Shown: positions 1 to 12,756 of the stretch, piece by piece
Numbering within the stretch: the first letter of the stretch is position 1
Layout: the number at the start of each line of letters is the position of its first letter
Source of the DNA: Zootoca vivipara
Lineage: Eukaryota
DNA length: 64,000 bases
NCBI RefSeq assembly: GCF_963506605.1
Contig: NC_083280.1
Coordinates: 63,054,001 to 63,118,000, forward strand
Reading direction: 5' to 3'
The notes under the pieces: generated by a model
Database searches by the model: none
Told to the model about the DNA's origin: nothing
Seen by the model: the letters and a program-made list of their open reading frames with translations, nothing else
Program-made: the position numbers and the translations under genes

Positions 1-263
1 ATTGTCTTGTTGGGCTGTGTAGGTGATGAAGGGGAACCACATTGGGGTGAAGGTGTCTTCTTCCGTTTGTCCCCGTGTCAGTTTCAGCTTACTGGTTAGT
101 TTTTCTAGTAGGGCTGTTTCCCATACTACTTGATATACCATTGGTCCATGTTTACTCCTGACAGGTCTTTCCAATGTCTGGGTATGATGTTTCTGGTTGC
201 TGACAGTAGGTGGGTCATGAGTTCTTTGTATTCTGAGTGGGCGTTGTTGTCTTGGAAGATGTT
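1..263 (-). mobile_element. L1-type LINE ORF2 C-terminal fragment, continuing off the window start
   Basis: The minus strand reads NIFQDNNAHSEYKELMTHLLSATRNIIPRHWKDLSGVNMDQWY/VVWETALLEKLTSKL...FTPMWFPFITY with one frameshift. This resembles the A-R-x3-W-K...W...EK...W-x-P-F tail of non-mammalian L1 ORF2. Confidence 0.7.
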
Positions 264-373
264 TCACCCCAGAACTGAAGCATATTTCAGAGGGGAGACT
301 GCACACAGAGGTCTGAACTTATCACAGAGAACAAACTTTCTTTAACTTAATTGCATTGTCCAAAAGCCAAAGA

Positions 374-682
374 CAGGGCCGGCTGGATGTAGTTTGATGA
401 GGCCCTAAGCTACTGAAGGTAATAGGGCCCTTTATATGTCCAGCTGTCCTTTGTCAACAACAAATTTTCACTGTTTTTTGTGTTGAATGTATGCTATATG
501 GTAATTTATGGACCTACACAACACAACACACTGTTGCTGTATGTAGGTTTTATTTTATTTGCTTTTTATCTTATATTTTAGAAATGTTCATCCAGTTGTT
601 TTTCCTTAAAAAAATTGGGGGGGAGCAAGAGAGTGGGGCCCTAAGCTATAGCTTGTTTAGCTTATACGTAAATCTGGCACTG
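374..682. mobile_element. Non-autonomous hAT-type DNA transposon
   Basis: Ends CAGGGCCGG...CTGGCACTG, with an exact 8-bp TSD GCCAAAGA at 366-373 and 683-690. Confidence 0.8.
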
Positions 683-1052
683 GCCAAAGAGCTATGTTAT
701 ACTTCCCAAAACTTGAGTACACAAAGTGGGGTTTTATTTATTTTTTCCTTTGAACAATAGACACACACCCCATGCCATGTCATTAGTTGGCCCTCTTAGT
801 TTCCCTTTGGCATGGAGGCTTTCTGTGAAACACAAGTTTCCTTGGGCCATAGAACCAGTTGCAAGTTGACAATGTTCAAGAAATAAATAAATAAAATGCA
901 AAAACACAGTAAAAGAGAACACGACAAATAAATCAGCAGTGTTAAAATCATATCAGATATTAAACCGTTCTTTCTTCCCATCTCATAAAGTAGTTCCATG
1001 ATTTATGGTGCTTTGACACTGCTAAACATCAATCAGGACAGAATGAAAGCCT

Positions 1053-1228
1053 AGAAACACAGAAAGCAGCCCTTTGGTCTATCTAGCTCAGTATTTTATA
1101 CACGGACTGGCAGCAGCTCTCCAGGGTTTCAGACAGGAATTCTCTCCCAGCCCTACCTGGTGAGGCTGGGGATTGAACCTGTGACCTTCTGCATGCAAGG
1201 CAGATGCTCAACCCCTGAGCTACACCCC
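1053..1228 (-). mobile_element. tRNA-derived SINE (Squam3-like)
   Basis: The reverse complement starts GGGGTGTAGCTCAGGGG...GGTTCAATCCCC (A and B boxes). The body is similar to the plus-strand copy at 8289-8468. Confidence 0.7.
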
Positions 1229-1523
1229 ATCTCCATAAAGAACCCATTGTCACACAACCATCTCAGTCCATGGAACCATCTAATGTTCCCACTTGCACCC
1301 AAGGCCAATGCTGCTGAACTCCATGCAGGTCTCCCTCTTCACAGAAACATGTATAGCTTGCAATGAACTATGGTGGCCATGGACCAGGGTGACCATATCT
1401 CCAAAGAGCTACCATTGGCTGAGACGAATATAGCCAGAGTACGCTGTGTGCATTCAGTAGCTGTGTGGCAAGTGGCAACATCTCACGGTAAGCAGATGAT
1501 TTGTTTTATTTGATAGCCTATGC

Positions 1524-1659
1524 CAGGCATCCCCAAACTGAGGCCCTCCAGATGTTTTGGCCTACAACTCCCATGATCCTTAGCTAAGAGGACCAGTGGT
1601 CAGGGATGATGGGAATTGTAGTCCAAAACCTCTGGAGGGCTGAAGTTTGGGGATGCCTG
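1524..1659. mobile_element. Palindromic hAT MITE (URR1-like)
   Basis: TIR CAGGCATCCCCAAACT/AGTTTGGGGATGCCTG, internal CTACAACTCCCAT palindrome, and 8-bp TSD GCCTATGC. Confidence 0.9.
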
Positions 1660-1779
1660 GCCTATGCTAATGGCTTTGGATGGTAACTAACAACACATTT
1701 GGAACTGCATATAAAATACCTCATCACAAATACTCATTTTATACTTATGGGTAACATCCACCTAAGTCATACTTAGAGT

Positions 1780-2159
1780 AAGGAAAGGTAAAGGACCCCT
1801 GGATGGTGAAGTCCAGTCAAAGGTGACTATGGGCTGTGGCACTCATCTCACTTCAAGCCAAGGGAGGCAGTGTTTGTCCACAGACAGCTTTCTGGGTCAT
1901 GTGGCCAACATGACTAAACAGCTTCTGGTGCAATGGAACACTGTGATGGAAACCAGAGTGCATGGAAATGCCATTTACCTTCCTGCCACAGCGGTACCTA
2001 TTTATCTACTCGCGTTGGTATGCTTTCGAACTACTAGGTTGGCAGGAGTTGGGACATAGCAACGGAAGCTCACCCCATCACGCATATTCGAACCACCAAC
2101 CTTCCGATTGACAAGCTCAAGAGGCTCAGTGGTTTAGACCACAGCACCACCTGTGTCCC
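1780..2159 (-). mobile_element. Sauria SINE (Squam1), older subfamily, full length
   Basis: (ACCTTT)n tail at the left and tRNA-like head at the right; colinear with 4203-4569. Confidence 0.85.
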
Positions 2160-2172
2160 TTTACCATACTTA

Positions 2173-2322
2173 AAGCTAAAGGGACCCCTGACCATTAGGT
2201 TCAGTCTGGGGTTGCGGTGCTCATCTCACGTTATTGGCCGAGGGAGCCGGCATACACCTTCCAGGTCATATGGCCAGCATGACAAAGCCGCTTCTGGCGA
2301 ACCAGAACAGCACATGGAAATG
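2173..2322 (-). mobile_element. Sauria SINE, 5'-truncated
   Basis: AAAGGGACCCCTGACCATTAGG...CACATGGAAATGCC matches the 3' half of the copy at 26010-26361. Confidence 0.8.
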
Positions 2323-2520
2323 CCATACTTAGAGTTTATTTATTTCAATGGGTCTATTCTGAGTATGAGCAGTGTTGGATATTGTAAACATCTGAATGAA
2401 AAAAAGCAACCCTTTACTCTAACCCTGATGTTCAAAGTGGAAGATATATCCATATTATGAGAGAGATGAGGTTGCCACTAATACAGAATCCTGAGGCATG
2501 GCTGTCCTCTATTAACTCTA

Positions 2521-2655
2521 CAGTGGTACCTCGGGTTACGTACCTGATTTGTTCCGGGGTGCAGTATGTAACCCAAAAAGTACGTAACCGGGTTTGCGCA
2601 GTACGTAACCCGAAAAGTACGCAACCCAAAGCGTACATAACCTGAGGTATGACTG
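2521..2655. mobile_element. Tc1/mariner (Tigger/pogo-like) MITE, GTACGTAACC variant
   Basis: TA|CAGTGGTACCTCGG...CTGAGGTATGACTG|TA, with a repeated internal GTACGTAACC motif. Confidence 0.8.
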
Positions 2656-4077
2656 TACAGTACTATTATGTCCACCATGTCCACATCAGGCCATTGTATG
2701 TTTCTCCATCTCTACCGTTAGAAGATAACGATGTGGATTGAGTGGATGTACAGAATAATGACCTCATGCAGTGTGGGAAGTGATTGTACAAGTCACAGGG
2801 AAAGAGGGCATAACTTGACATGGACATGCCTTTGTAGTTGCCGCTTCAAGAGTCCCATTTTGTTATAAAGCTTTGTCTTTATACCACTGCTCAGGCTTCA
2901 GACAGAATGCTCTGGACCTGTGGGCAACTAGGTCTATACCTGCAGGCAGCTATTCAAAACACAGCACCTAGTGGCTTTACAGCGCTTTACAATGGAATAC
3001 AGTAGGGTTTATTGAAATTGTATGTTACAATGGCACATATGGAACCAAGTGGGGAAATCTCTTTGAAAATACTTAATTTTAGCAAACAGTATGCAGACTA
3101 CAGATGATGATAAACATCTGCTAACATCTAGAATGGACACCTATCTCCACTTAGTGTGTGCTCATTCCATGACCAGCAAAGAAACATGGCAGGAAATCAG
3201 ACCTCAAGCAATTCCAGGAGCGATGCAGAGGCCTTTGGAGTCTCTGTATTGTCTTGCTCTACTGCAGACCACTGGTGTCTTTGAACACTGAGTTCCATGC
3301 CGAGTAGTTTTGTATAGTTATATTCCATGCCGCTGGTGCCTACACTGGGCTTGCTGTGTTTTAATCTGCAGCAGAGTGGTCAGTTTTTTGACCTTGCGCT
3401 ATTTTTTCTTCCATTTCCTGAGCATTAAGCTTAGCTCTGATGGTCCCCAGAGGCATCTTTTCTGGGCCCAGTGTTTTCCCTAATTTATATGCTGGCACTC
3501 AGAGGGCTAATTTGCTGGAAATGTACATGGATGCTGATACTCTGCTATATCTTTCTGGAACAGCTTCTGTCCCTCAGGCATTCACAGTGATACCACATTG
3601 TTCATCTGATCAGCACTACAAGATGGGTTGAAATATTCCGGATTTAATTTTGAGAAAGGGCTTGGGCAGGAGGGTGAACCTGCCAGTCCAACCATACTTA
3701 TTAGTGCCACACAGCATTCCTAGCCTTCATTCAGTTTAAATGTGAAAAGGGGGTGGGGCGAATGAAAGAGGGGGGTGAATTGAGCATGCTGCCTCGTGGC
3801 TCATAGCCCAGCTTTGAGCAAGAAACTACCCATCAACAACAACCAGGAAAGAAAACTGGACGTGTCATAATACCATAAGAACATATGATGCTACTTTATA
3901 CTTGAGACAGATCAATGGTACATCTGACCCAATGTTTTCTGTTCTGCCTAGAGGCATCTCTCCAGGGTCTCGGGCAAGGTGTTTCTAACATCTGCTTTTT
4001 AAAACTAAACACCCCCAAACAAATCTAACATGGTTGTGCAAAGGGTGTTCTCATTTACAATTCCTTAGGGATGGAAG

Positions 4078-4598
4078 CAGTGCTTTTCCTGCAAAAGAAA
4101 AAGGTGCCAGTACTCACCATAAAGTTGTTACAGTAAGTGCCACACTTTTCACCAGTGCTTTTCTTCTAGGGAAAAAAGGTGCCAGTGTTGCGTACCTTGA
4201 GTAAAGGTAAAGGTAAAGGGGCCCCTGACCATCAGGTCCAGTCGTGTCCGACTCTGGGGTTGCGGCGCTCATCTCGCTCTATAGGCCGAGGGAGCCGGCG
4301 TTTGTCCGCAGACAGCTTCCGGGTCATGTGGCCAGCATGACAAAGCTGCTTCTGGCGAACCAGAACAGCGCACGGAAACGCCGTTTACCTTCCCGCCGGA
4401 GCGGTCCCTATTTATCTACTTGCACTTTGATGTGCTTTCGAACTGCTAGGTTGGCAGGAGCTGGGACCGAGCAACGGGAGCTCACCCCGCTGCAGGGATT
4501 CGAACCGCCGACCTTCTGATCAGCAAGCCCTAGACTCTGTGGATTAACCCACAGCGCCACCTGGGTCCCTTGAGTATCCCCAGAAAAAAAAAACACTG
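4078..4598. mobile_element. CAGTGCTTTT-type MITE interrupted by a Sauria SINE
   Basis: Ends CAGTGCTTTT...AAAAAACACTG. Related elements occur at about 15506-15646 and about 49526-49665. Confidence 0.55.
4203..4569 (-). mobile_element. Sauria SINE (Squam1), young full-length copy
   Basis: Reverse-complement head GGGACCCAGGTGGCGCTGTGGGTTAA...GGTTCGAATCCC, tail (ACCTTT)n, CpGs retained, TSD about CCTTGAGTA. Confidence 0.92.
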
Positions 4599-5661
4599 GG
4601 TGGAAGGATCTGCTTCACTTAGTTTCTAATTTTCCTAATTTTAAAATCAGTTCTTCACATTTTTGTCCTCAGAGATTTATTTTTATTTTAAATCCTCGTG
4701 AAAATTCAACAGCATTTCAATGCAAATTTTCCCGGATAAACACATTTTATACACAGTTTTGATGAGTGCAACACATTTTCGCAAGCAGTTTTCCCTGATG
4801 TGTTCACTTAAATGCACACCTTCTCCTATTTGTCCCCCCTCCCCATTATTTGTTTTTTAGAGCACTGCATCTCACAACGTTCAGATAAGTTATGTGTTTC
4901 AGTTCACATATAATTTTGGAAAGCTCAAACTTGATAGATTCAACTTTAAATGCCTGCTGAATCACATTTCTCCTCTGCTACACCTCCTCCCTATACACTG
5001 GTCTTTCTGAGTGTCAAACTGTAAAGCTGGAACTTCTTATTTGCCCATCTAGGCATACTTTTTAATATAAATGATTTTAGATCCCAGACCCCTTGGCTAA
5101 GAGCAGGAGTGAATGTCCCCCCCCCCCAGGCCTCTCTATTTGGTCCTCAGAAATCTCTCCAGGCCCCACACTTCCCTGAAGACCCCAGGCCCCACACTTC
5201 CCCTCACTAGACCTTATGTCACACCTTGAGTGTTTTTTGCCTGGCTGGAATGTGTCCTTTAACTCTGATGATGCCTCTTCCTTATCTGGATGTGCAGCAG
5301 GGACGGTTGTGTGACCATGAGGAGAAACTAGGTTACTGTAAAAAGGTAACATTTACATTTGTTGTTGCTCCTCCCACTTTTACCTGTCGTCCTGCCTACC
5401 CCTTGAATTCAAATGAATGTAATGCCTTGATTCTCTCTCTCTTTTTAAATTAACTTCATTTCTCTCTTTTTGGATTAGCATCCCACCCAGCTTGTGACTC
5501 TTGGAAGGTTGCTCAGAAGGGAATGCTGAAAAAAGGCTTCTGGCCCCTTGCTGAATGCCACAGCATCTGTGGCAAAGATACAAGACTTGGCTCCCTCGTG
5601 GCCCATTCAGCTGCTGCTTATTTGCTAACAAACTGCACAACTGCCTGGCTATACCACAAAT

Positions 5662-5710
5662 TGTTGTTTAGTTGTGTCCGACTCTTCGTGACCCCCATGG
5701 ACCACGATGG
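5662..5710 (-). mobile_element. BovB/RTE 3'-terminal fragment
   Basis: TGTTGTTTAGTTGTGTCCGACTCTTCGTGACCCCCATGGAC is the reverse complement of a BovB-type 3' end with a (CAA)n tail. 10-bp TSD TACCACAAAT at 5652-5661 and 5711-5720. Confidence 0.75.
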
Positions 5711-8288
5711 TACCACAAATGCTGTCCCCTAAATTTGAACTTACCTGGAATGTGTCTGGCTAATCAACCAGCCCACACCCTAACTGTTGCTATTCATCAT
5801 GGACAGCTCTGACTTGAAGATACACATCCCTTTCAAACTCCTATCACCATTTTATTCCCTTCAGGCCACTTGGAGATGCCATTGGGGGGGGGATGTCTTT
5901 GTGCATGCACAATAGCAACAGATTCTCACTTCCCTTCTTACCATTATGCAGTAACCACTTCCTGGGTAGTAAATATTAAGAGGTCTATAAAAACACAAAC
6001 CCATGTTCTTCTCAGAACCCACCTCGCTGGCTCAAACGGCGGGTCTCTTTAGTTCAGAGTGGCATCATTTTTCACCTCAGAACTGAGGTAGAGCTTGGCC
6101 TTGTTTTTCTGAAGATTCCGATCCCATCTCTATTAACTAGAATGGAGATATCAAACTCTTTTTTTCCCCCTTTTGCAGAATCAATGAGATTTGCGGGCCT
6201 AGTTACCCCATTCTGGCTAAATGGAGCACACCAAATTTCAAGAAGGGGTAATTGTGCAAGGACAATTTAAGTTTTTTTTTAAGGATTCCTTTGTCCTTTG
6301 TAGTTTTTTGGCCATTTGCTCTATCCTTTTGCCACCTCCAATCACTTCATGGTGTCTTGCACTGCCTGCATGGTATACTGTTTTGCTCTCTCTTACTTCA
6401 CTTAAACTTTTTAAAAAAGCATGCTATCCATAATTTATTGTCCCCTTTACGCCAATATTAAATCTTCCACTTTGGTCCTTGAGGGTAGGCACACATATCA
6501 GTAGTCACCCCTTGCAGAGCTGTAACACTTTCTACAAGCAGAATCATTTCTCCAGGTGAACTTAAAGAAAGCCGTAATGTTCTCTTCGGTCATATTTATT
6601 AAAGCAAGGTAGCTTTAAAAAAAAAGAAAGTATATTGTCAAATGCTACTTCTGAGGACTATTAGCAACAGCACATGAGCTAAAACTCTAGTGGAAAAGAT
6701 ATTTTTTTCCAGTATAGGAAAGTAAAATCAGGTATTCAGGGTTCAGAAAGTCCTTTGGCATACATTGTTTTTTAATCATTTCCATTTCAACATAAAATTC
6801 TGCCTAAGTAGCCAGCAGCTGCTCTAGGCAAGCCCAAGGGCTGGCAGACACCAGTGAAATTTTTGACTTTTCCCCTCCTTTGAACAGCAGACACCACCTG
6901 ATGCCACATTACATATTGATTTTTGAAACTCTCTGCAGTTACATAAGTGGCTTGCTGTGAAGTGTGGCAGTGGAGGAGATGGCTGTCCAGGAAACAAGAG
7001 TCCAAAGTCTCAAGGATCCTGGCCGCTGTCTTCAACACACACACACACAACAAGGCACACTAGATGTGGAGCAGCTGTGGACCTCAGCAGACTTGCTTTT
7101 TGCCAGGCAGGCACTTCTACAACCCAGGGATTTGAAGTTCAAGATTAGCCTTGAAATCAAATGGCTGTAATGCCTTGATTCCCTTTTTTGGGATTAGCTT
7201 CAGGCGGAAAGACACAGGTGTGAGTTGGAGATGTTGGCAAGAATGGCATTCCTTTTATTTGCATTTCTCCTATTGCTTGCAACATGAGGTGGTATTCAGC
7301 TATCAGCCTAAGGATTCCCACTTTTGCAACAGGACTTTCTTTCCCATGCATTTGCCTCCTGTCCTCCCTGCAATTCTGCAAGGCTTTGAAGGAACCCCCT
7401 GGAACAGATTTAGGGATGGGGGGGGGGAGAGAGAGAAAAAAGGGAAGAACATTCCTTGGTGCAAGCAGAAATCCTTGCACAGACAGGAATGTCTATGTAG
7501 CACTACTTGCATACAACCAATGGGGGAATACTCACTTCCGTGGCATGATACCATCATCTTGTGCATTTCCCTGCACCTCTCAGTGGCAGCCAATGAAGTG
7601 GGGCAGGAGATAAAGAAATGTGATACTGCCCAACCTGGGGAAACCAATCCTATGTGCTTCAAGGGAGAAGAGACAAGATGGTGCCATAGAGGTGTCACTT
7701 TCAATGGCATCCCCATGTCATATATGGGGATTGCTCCACACATTGCTCCACTCTCAGCAAACCAGAATCTGCAGTGGTTCCAGCCCAGGTTTTATTGCTC
7801 GGATTCCGCATGGACATTCTAGGCAGACATTCATACAAGATTTTGATGGCCTCTAGGATCACGTTCTGATAATAGCACTCTCTGTGTAGCAACTTTACTC
7901 CTCCCTTTGCATGAGTGATCAAACAAGCCAGGAAGTCTTCTGTTAATTATAGCTTCCCATGAAGTTGGAACTGAAAAACTTTGTTTAATGACTTCCAAAA
8001 AAGTCAGGGTAGGAAACAATGGTATGAAAGAAGCCCTAACTTCCTGCTTCCATGCACACTCAAGGGTGCACATGACTCATCCACCTCTTGGCTTAATAAA
8101 CCCAAATATGAACATCCAAGCATGGTCATTTTTTATACTCCTGTTGGAAATGCTTCAATAGCATATTCCTTTGCACTGAACACCTCTCTGCATGAAACAA
8201 TACAAAATTATTAAACTGCACATGTGATTCCATCCATGTTGCTTCTTAGAGGCTAAGAGTAGCACCAAAAACATTTGCAAAACTCAAA

Positions 8289-8468
8289 AGGGCTATAGTT
8301 TAGTGGTAGAGCACATGCTCTGCATTCAGAAGGTCTCAGGTTTAGTCCCTGGCATCTGTAAGGTTGGGCGATGAAGAACTCCCACCTGAAACCCCGGGGA
8401 GCTGCTGCCAGTTAGTGAGCAAGATGAACCAGTGGTCTGACTCAGTATAAAGAAATTTCCTACATTCC
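8289..8468 (+). mobile_element. tRNA-derived SINE (Squam3-like)
   Basis: GGGCTATAGTTTAGTGGTAGAGC head, degenerate B box, and GGTCTGACTCAGTATAA...TTCCTA tail. Confidence 0.7.
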
Positions 8469-8970
8469 TAAGACTCAAGCAGTAGCAAAAGGCACACTCA
8501 CCTTTCCTCCCTCCAGCTGAGTTACCTGCAATATACCGGGATCAGAAAGATGAGGCAGTAGGGGCTTGGTGAGGTGCAAATGTGGTTGCAGGAATGCTGG
8601 ATTGGTTCCACAGGTGCAACTGCACTGCACCAACCTTCCCCCTTCTTCCCTCCATCCTGAAATGCAGCAGCAACTGAACCATAGGGTGGTCAGGTGAGTG
8701 GCACAGTTCCACCATGTCATCTGCTGTTGAACTAAAGGTTTGCTGAACTATTCCATTTCTTTTCTTAACTTGCTCATTCAATCATTCATTCATTCATTGC
8801 ACCCAACCATGTTCAGCTAGCTCAACTCCAAATTTGGCTGTGAGATCCTGACTCTTGGTTTCAGCTCTGAAACCTTGCTTTGGGTTCACCACCACGACAC
8901 TACAACTGAACTCACCTGCCAATTAATTCCAAAGGCATTTGGAGGAATGTTAGCTGCAGGTGATATGAGC

Positions 8971-9312
8971 CAGGGGTCAGCAAACTTTCAGGGGGCTGGT
9001 CCACTGTCCCTCAGACCTTGGATGAGCGGCATGTGAAAGGGCTCTGGAGAGGTGCTTCTTAAAATGGCGGCCGCTCGAGCACTGCTGCTGCTGGCAGTAA
9101 CAAAGACCAGCCCCCTTCCTCCTGTAGGCAGGACGGGGAGAAGCCAGGAGGAGGGAGGGAGGAGGTGCCGCCACCGCCGTGAGGGAGAGGGAGTGAGAGG
9201 GAAAGAACATGCGCACTGGCGATCCACGCGGCAATTCCTGGACCGCCCGTGGGCCGGATCCAGAAGGCAATTGGGCCTGATCCAGCCTGCAAACCTTAGT
9301 TGGCGACCCATG
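8971..9312. mobile_element. Non-autonomous hAT (Charlie/MER20-like) element
   Basis: CAGGGGTCAGCAAACTTT...AGTTGGCGACCCATG imperfect TIRs and a GC-rich interior; TSD not clear. Confidence 0.65.
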
Positions 9313-9429
9313 GAGTAGCCTGTCAATGACTGGCTTGAGAAACAAGCCATCTGGTCAGGATGTTGCATTGCAATTTCCTCTGCTATCTCAAAACTGCTTG
9401 CAGCTGAGTGCTTCCCTTTTCTGCAAACT

Positions 9430-9750
9430 TTTAAAAAAGCAGATGAATAATTTTTAACACAATATATCGTCAACATCCAACTGATTTATTCCATACAGTA
9501 TTTGAGCATATTGCATACCACGTCAACTCTGCAACTTACATTTACCAACAGCTGTTTTTCTTTTTGGAGCAGATGGTACGTTGAGTGTACCGTGACATAA
9601 TTCACATTTGCATTATCAGTCACAAATGCTAATGTGTTTGAGGAAACTGGATTTTTGTGTTGAGCTAAGATATTTTTAGTAGCCACAGCACTTTTCAGCA
9701 TCTTTTTGAAATCTCTTGGTTTGTCAGTGCAATCATCAGTGAAGCCCAAC
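9430..9750 (-). pseudogene. Decayed hAT-family transposase fragment
   Basis: AFVTDNANVNYVTVHSTYHLLQKE...SCRVDVVCNMLK, then (frameshifted) LDVDDI-VLKI. This resembles the hAT catalytic D-N-A-x-V-N motif followed by a decayed C-x2-H region. Confidence 0.6.
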
Positions 9751-10154
9751 TTCTGCTTAAATTTTGTGGATAAAAATTAGTTATTTTATTACACTATCTG
9801 TAATAAAGTAACACATTCATTCGTTATTCCATTTAGGTCTGCTGCTGCTGCTGTTCACACATTGGCTTAAGTGGTCAGTATTCCTTTATCAGCAAATTGG
9901 AGCTGATCCGGCACAAACATGCAAAAACCGTGTTTCTTTGCCACCACCTTACAGAAAACTGTGATGCTAATTTGTTTCTCCAGCCTATACTCACTTAACT
10001 ATAATAGTATGCGACAGCACACTACTAAGTTGTCATTTATAGAGTAAATGCCACATCTATTCCTGGCTTTCGTGATATCTGAGCACAGGAAACTTGTGCT
10101 GATTAGGATCTTGTCCTTTCAATGAACTTCTCCATTCTTTCAGCATTCTAAAAG

Positions 10155-10278
10155 CTTTTGCCCTCCAGATGTTTCGCACTCCCAACTCCCATCACACCAG
10201 TGAACATGGTCAAATGGTCAGGCATTATGGGAGCTATAGTCCAAAACATCTGGTTGGTTCCAGGTTGCAGAAAGCTGA
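10155..10278. mobile_element. Degraded URR1-like MITE
   Basis: CCCTCCAGATGTTT...AACTCCCATCA...TGGGAGCTATAGTCCAAAACATCTGG. Confidence 0.6.
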
Positions 10279-12756
10279 TCCGGGAACTCTAGATTTACTA
10301 TTCTGAACTTTTTGAATATATATCCATGCAGTGCTTCTCCCCTTCTGTCATAGCTCATGCAAGCCAGCATATACCCTTCCTTTCCTAGCAAATTCAGGGA
10401 ATCAGCATATTTAGAAACACAATGGGATGATTATCTGAGTGGCACTGGATATATCTTCCACTTATCATGTTGCCCTGTTTCTTTGCCCATCACCCCCTAT
10501 TCCTCCTAAGTATCCACTAACTTGAGTTCCTCCTCACTCAACTAATGAAGATGTTCTCAATCACTAACCCTTACTTGCTTACTTTACTCATACGCAGTGC
10601 CATGGCTGAACTATTCCACTTTCTTCCACCCTTTCCCATATCTTTGCCAATTAAGTTATGATTTGCCAAAATTCTCATTTACCTACTTTGGGCTGTGCAT
10701 TTGCTTAGCTTATAACACTCGGCTGTGTTGCAAATTGATTGCCATTTCCTAAAGACATCGTCCTCCACCTCAGAATGTTGATGAAGGTTCTGGATGTGTG
10801 CAGTCAGCATTCAGCAGTGCAGGTGCTTTGTAAATGTGTGCATTTTCTTGTGTAGGATGTCTTCTATGTTAACTCCTTCCTCCCAGTTCAACTCTTGTTT
10901 GCCATTCTGAGTTATGTAACCAACAAAGCAGACATTTCCGTGCCAATATTCTCTGTGGGTGCTGCTTAAGATCAAAACTCCTCTCTTGTTGTACAGTGAT
11001 GTTTGCTGTAGCAGGAGAAGGTCAAGTTTCCAAGCTGCTCTCCTTTATGGCTGGGGCTTTGAGACACAGTAACTGAAAACAAACTACTGTACAATCCTTA
11101 GAGGTATCATGACAGTGTGCATAAGTGTACCATTACAACAAGCAAGGAGAGACACCGCTTGGAAAACGGTGGGGGTGAAAGCTTTCAAATGCCAAACCTA
11201 CTGCAAATCCAGACAAGGAGAATTTGCCAAAAAGTTTTTTTAAAAAAATAACCAGAACTATGAACATTTTGTCAATATTCATAATTTATTCAAGTGGCAG
11301 ACTATGGCACAGAATATATTGTTTAGCCCAAACCTTAGAGTATCTGGACACAGAGATGTCTTTCTTTTTCTGGGGTTGGGGGGGGGGGAACTAGAGCATA
11401 TACAGAAAAAGCTGGGTCAATTACCTTTCTCCCTTCCCACATATTTGTAGGACCATTTGCCCCCTGCAAAATTGGAAGCAGATATTCAGTGACTTTCAAT
11501 GACAAAATCCTAACATCTTTCACAGGCAGTCTTATATTGTAAATGAAGTTCTGAAGCCCCCTCTTTTTTCTTATATGGGAAAAAAAGAGAAAGGAACCTT
11601 CCTCATATTTAAAACATAAGGGGAACCCCATTTGCACATGAAATGTCTTAAAATCCCCATCCCAAGATCAAATCAATCCTCAAAGGCGTTTTGGCACACG
11701 CATACCCACAGACACTCACACTAAATTCCAGCGGAAAAGCTGGGCTAAGTATTGCGGTCCTGCTTAATATACAGGTCAAATAGTGATATCTGTTGTGCCA
11801 TCAATGTTCATACATATGGACATCATTTGAATGCACAAATGCTCTGAGCGCCCTTTGGATTATAAGCTGTAGCATGTTGATATTCACTCACAATCATCGT
11901 TTCCCCTCTCGAAGGTCCATGCAAATGATCCCTTGCATAATGACCTTCACAGCTGCAAAGTTCAGCTCTCACGGCAGCTCCCCCCACCCACCGTTTGCAG
12001 ATATGAAGCTCAAATCTGAGTGAGTGAGCAAGCAGCCTCTCTGGCAGGTGCAGGAAGGAAGAAGGTGAACAGGAAAGATGTATTAACAGGCTGCAGACAT
12101 TGGTTAGGAAGCAGCTGTGCTGTGGCTGCAGTGGGACCAAGACCACAGCCACATTGCAAACACATGTCAATTGAAGTACAATCTCCTTCAAAATTGTGGA
12201 AGGGAGCAAAGGGAGAAATCAAAATCTGGCATACAATGGGAGAATCTGATGCAAACTGCTTTATTCACTTGCCTATAAAGTGCTGCATATAAAAGTGCTG
12301 AGCACAGTAAATTGTGAACCGTTTCTACATGCTACCCATTTGGAATGTTACTGCTCAGTTATAACATTGATATCTCAATGAACCTTTACTTTTCCCAGTA
12401 CATTTAAGTGACTGCACTTGGCTCCTGTGTACTGTTTTCATTTTCTAATCCAAGTTTCATCGATAACTATAGATCAATAGAACTAATTACACACATTGTT
12501 TCGGCTGTACCTTTGCTAGTTATCATGCAAATGGAAATCTAAAGAGACTTGGTCACCTTTGGCAAAAGAAAAAAGAAACTCTAAGAGAAGGGTGGAGCTA
12601 TGCACAGTGGTGGGGCACGGCAGCCCCGAGGGGCAAAGCTAGCCACCCAGTCTTCCACATGCTGTCTGTGTGTCCCAGTCCAGCTTGTGACACAGGGTCT
12701 CCTTCCCTTCTTACAGCCCAACTTGCACTGGAAAACAGGTTCTGAGAGAATTACAG

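Noticed and set aside
6179-6247. CGPS peptide after a splice acceptor read as an OPALIN exon (DCGPSLG...)
   Set aside because: Only four residues match, no transmembrane segment follows, and the phase appears wrong.
7151-7822. Longest ORF in the track (223 aa) and overlapping ORFs
   Set aside because: TTG start, Cys/Trp/His-rich random composition, no recognisable domain and no supporting exon structure; consistent with a chance ORF.
11919-12532. Two ATGCAAAT octamers and an E-box read as a lymphoid enhancer
   Set aside because: The octamer also occurs at several unrelated places (about 4720, 7258, 9606, 44160 and 63387), about what AT-rich DNA would give by chance.
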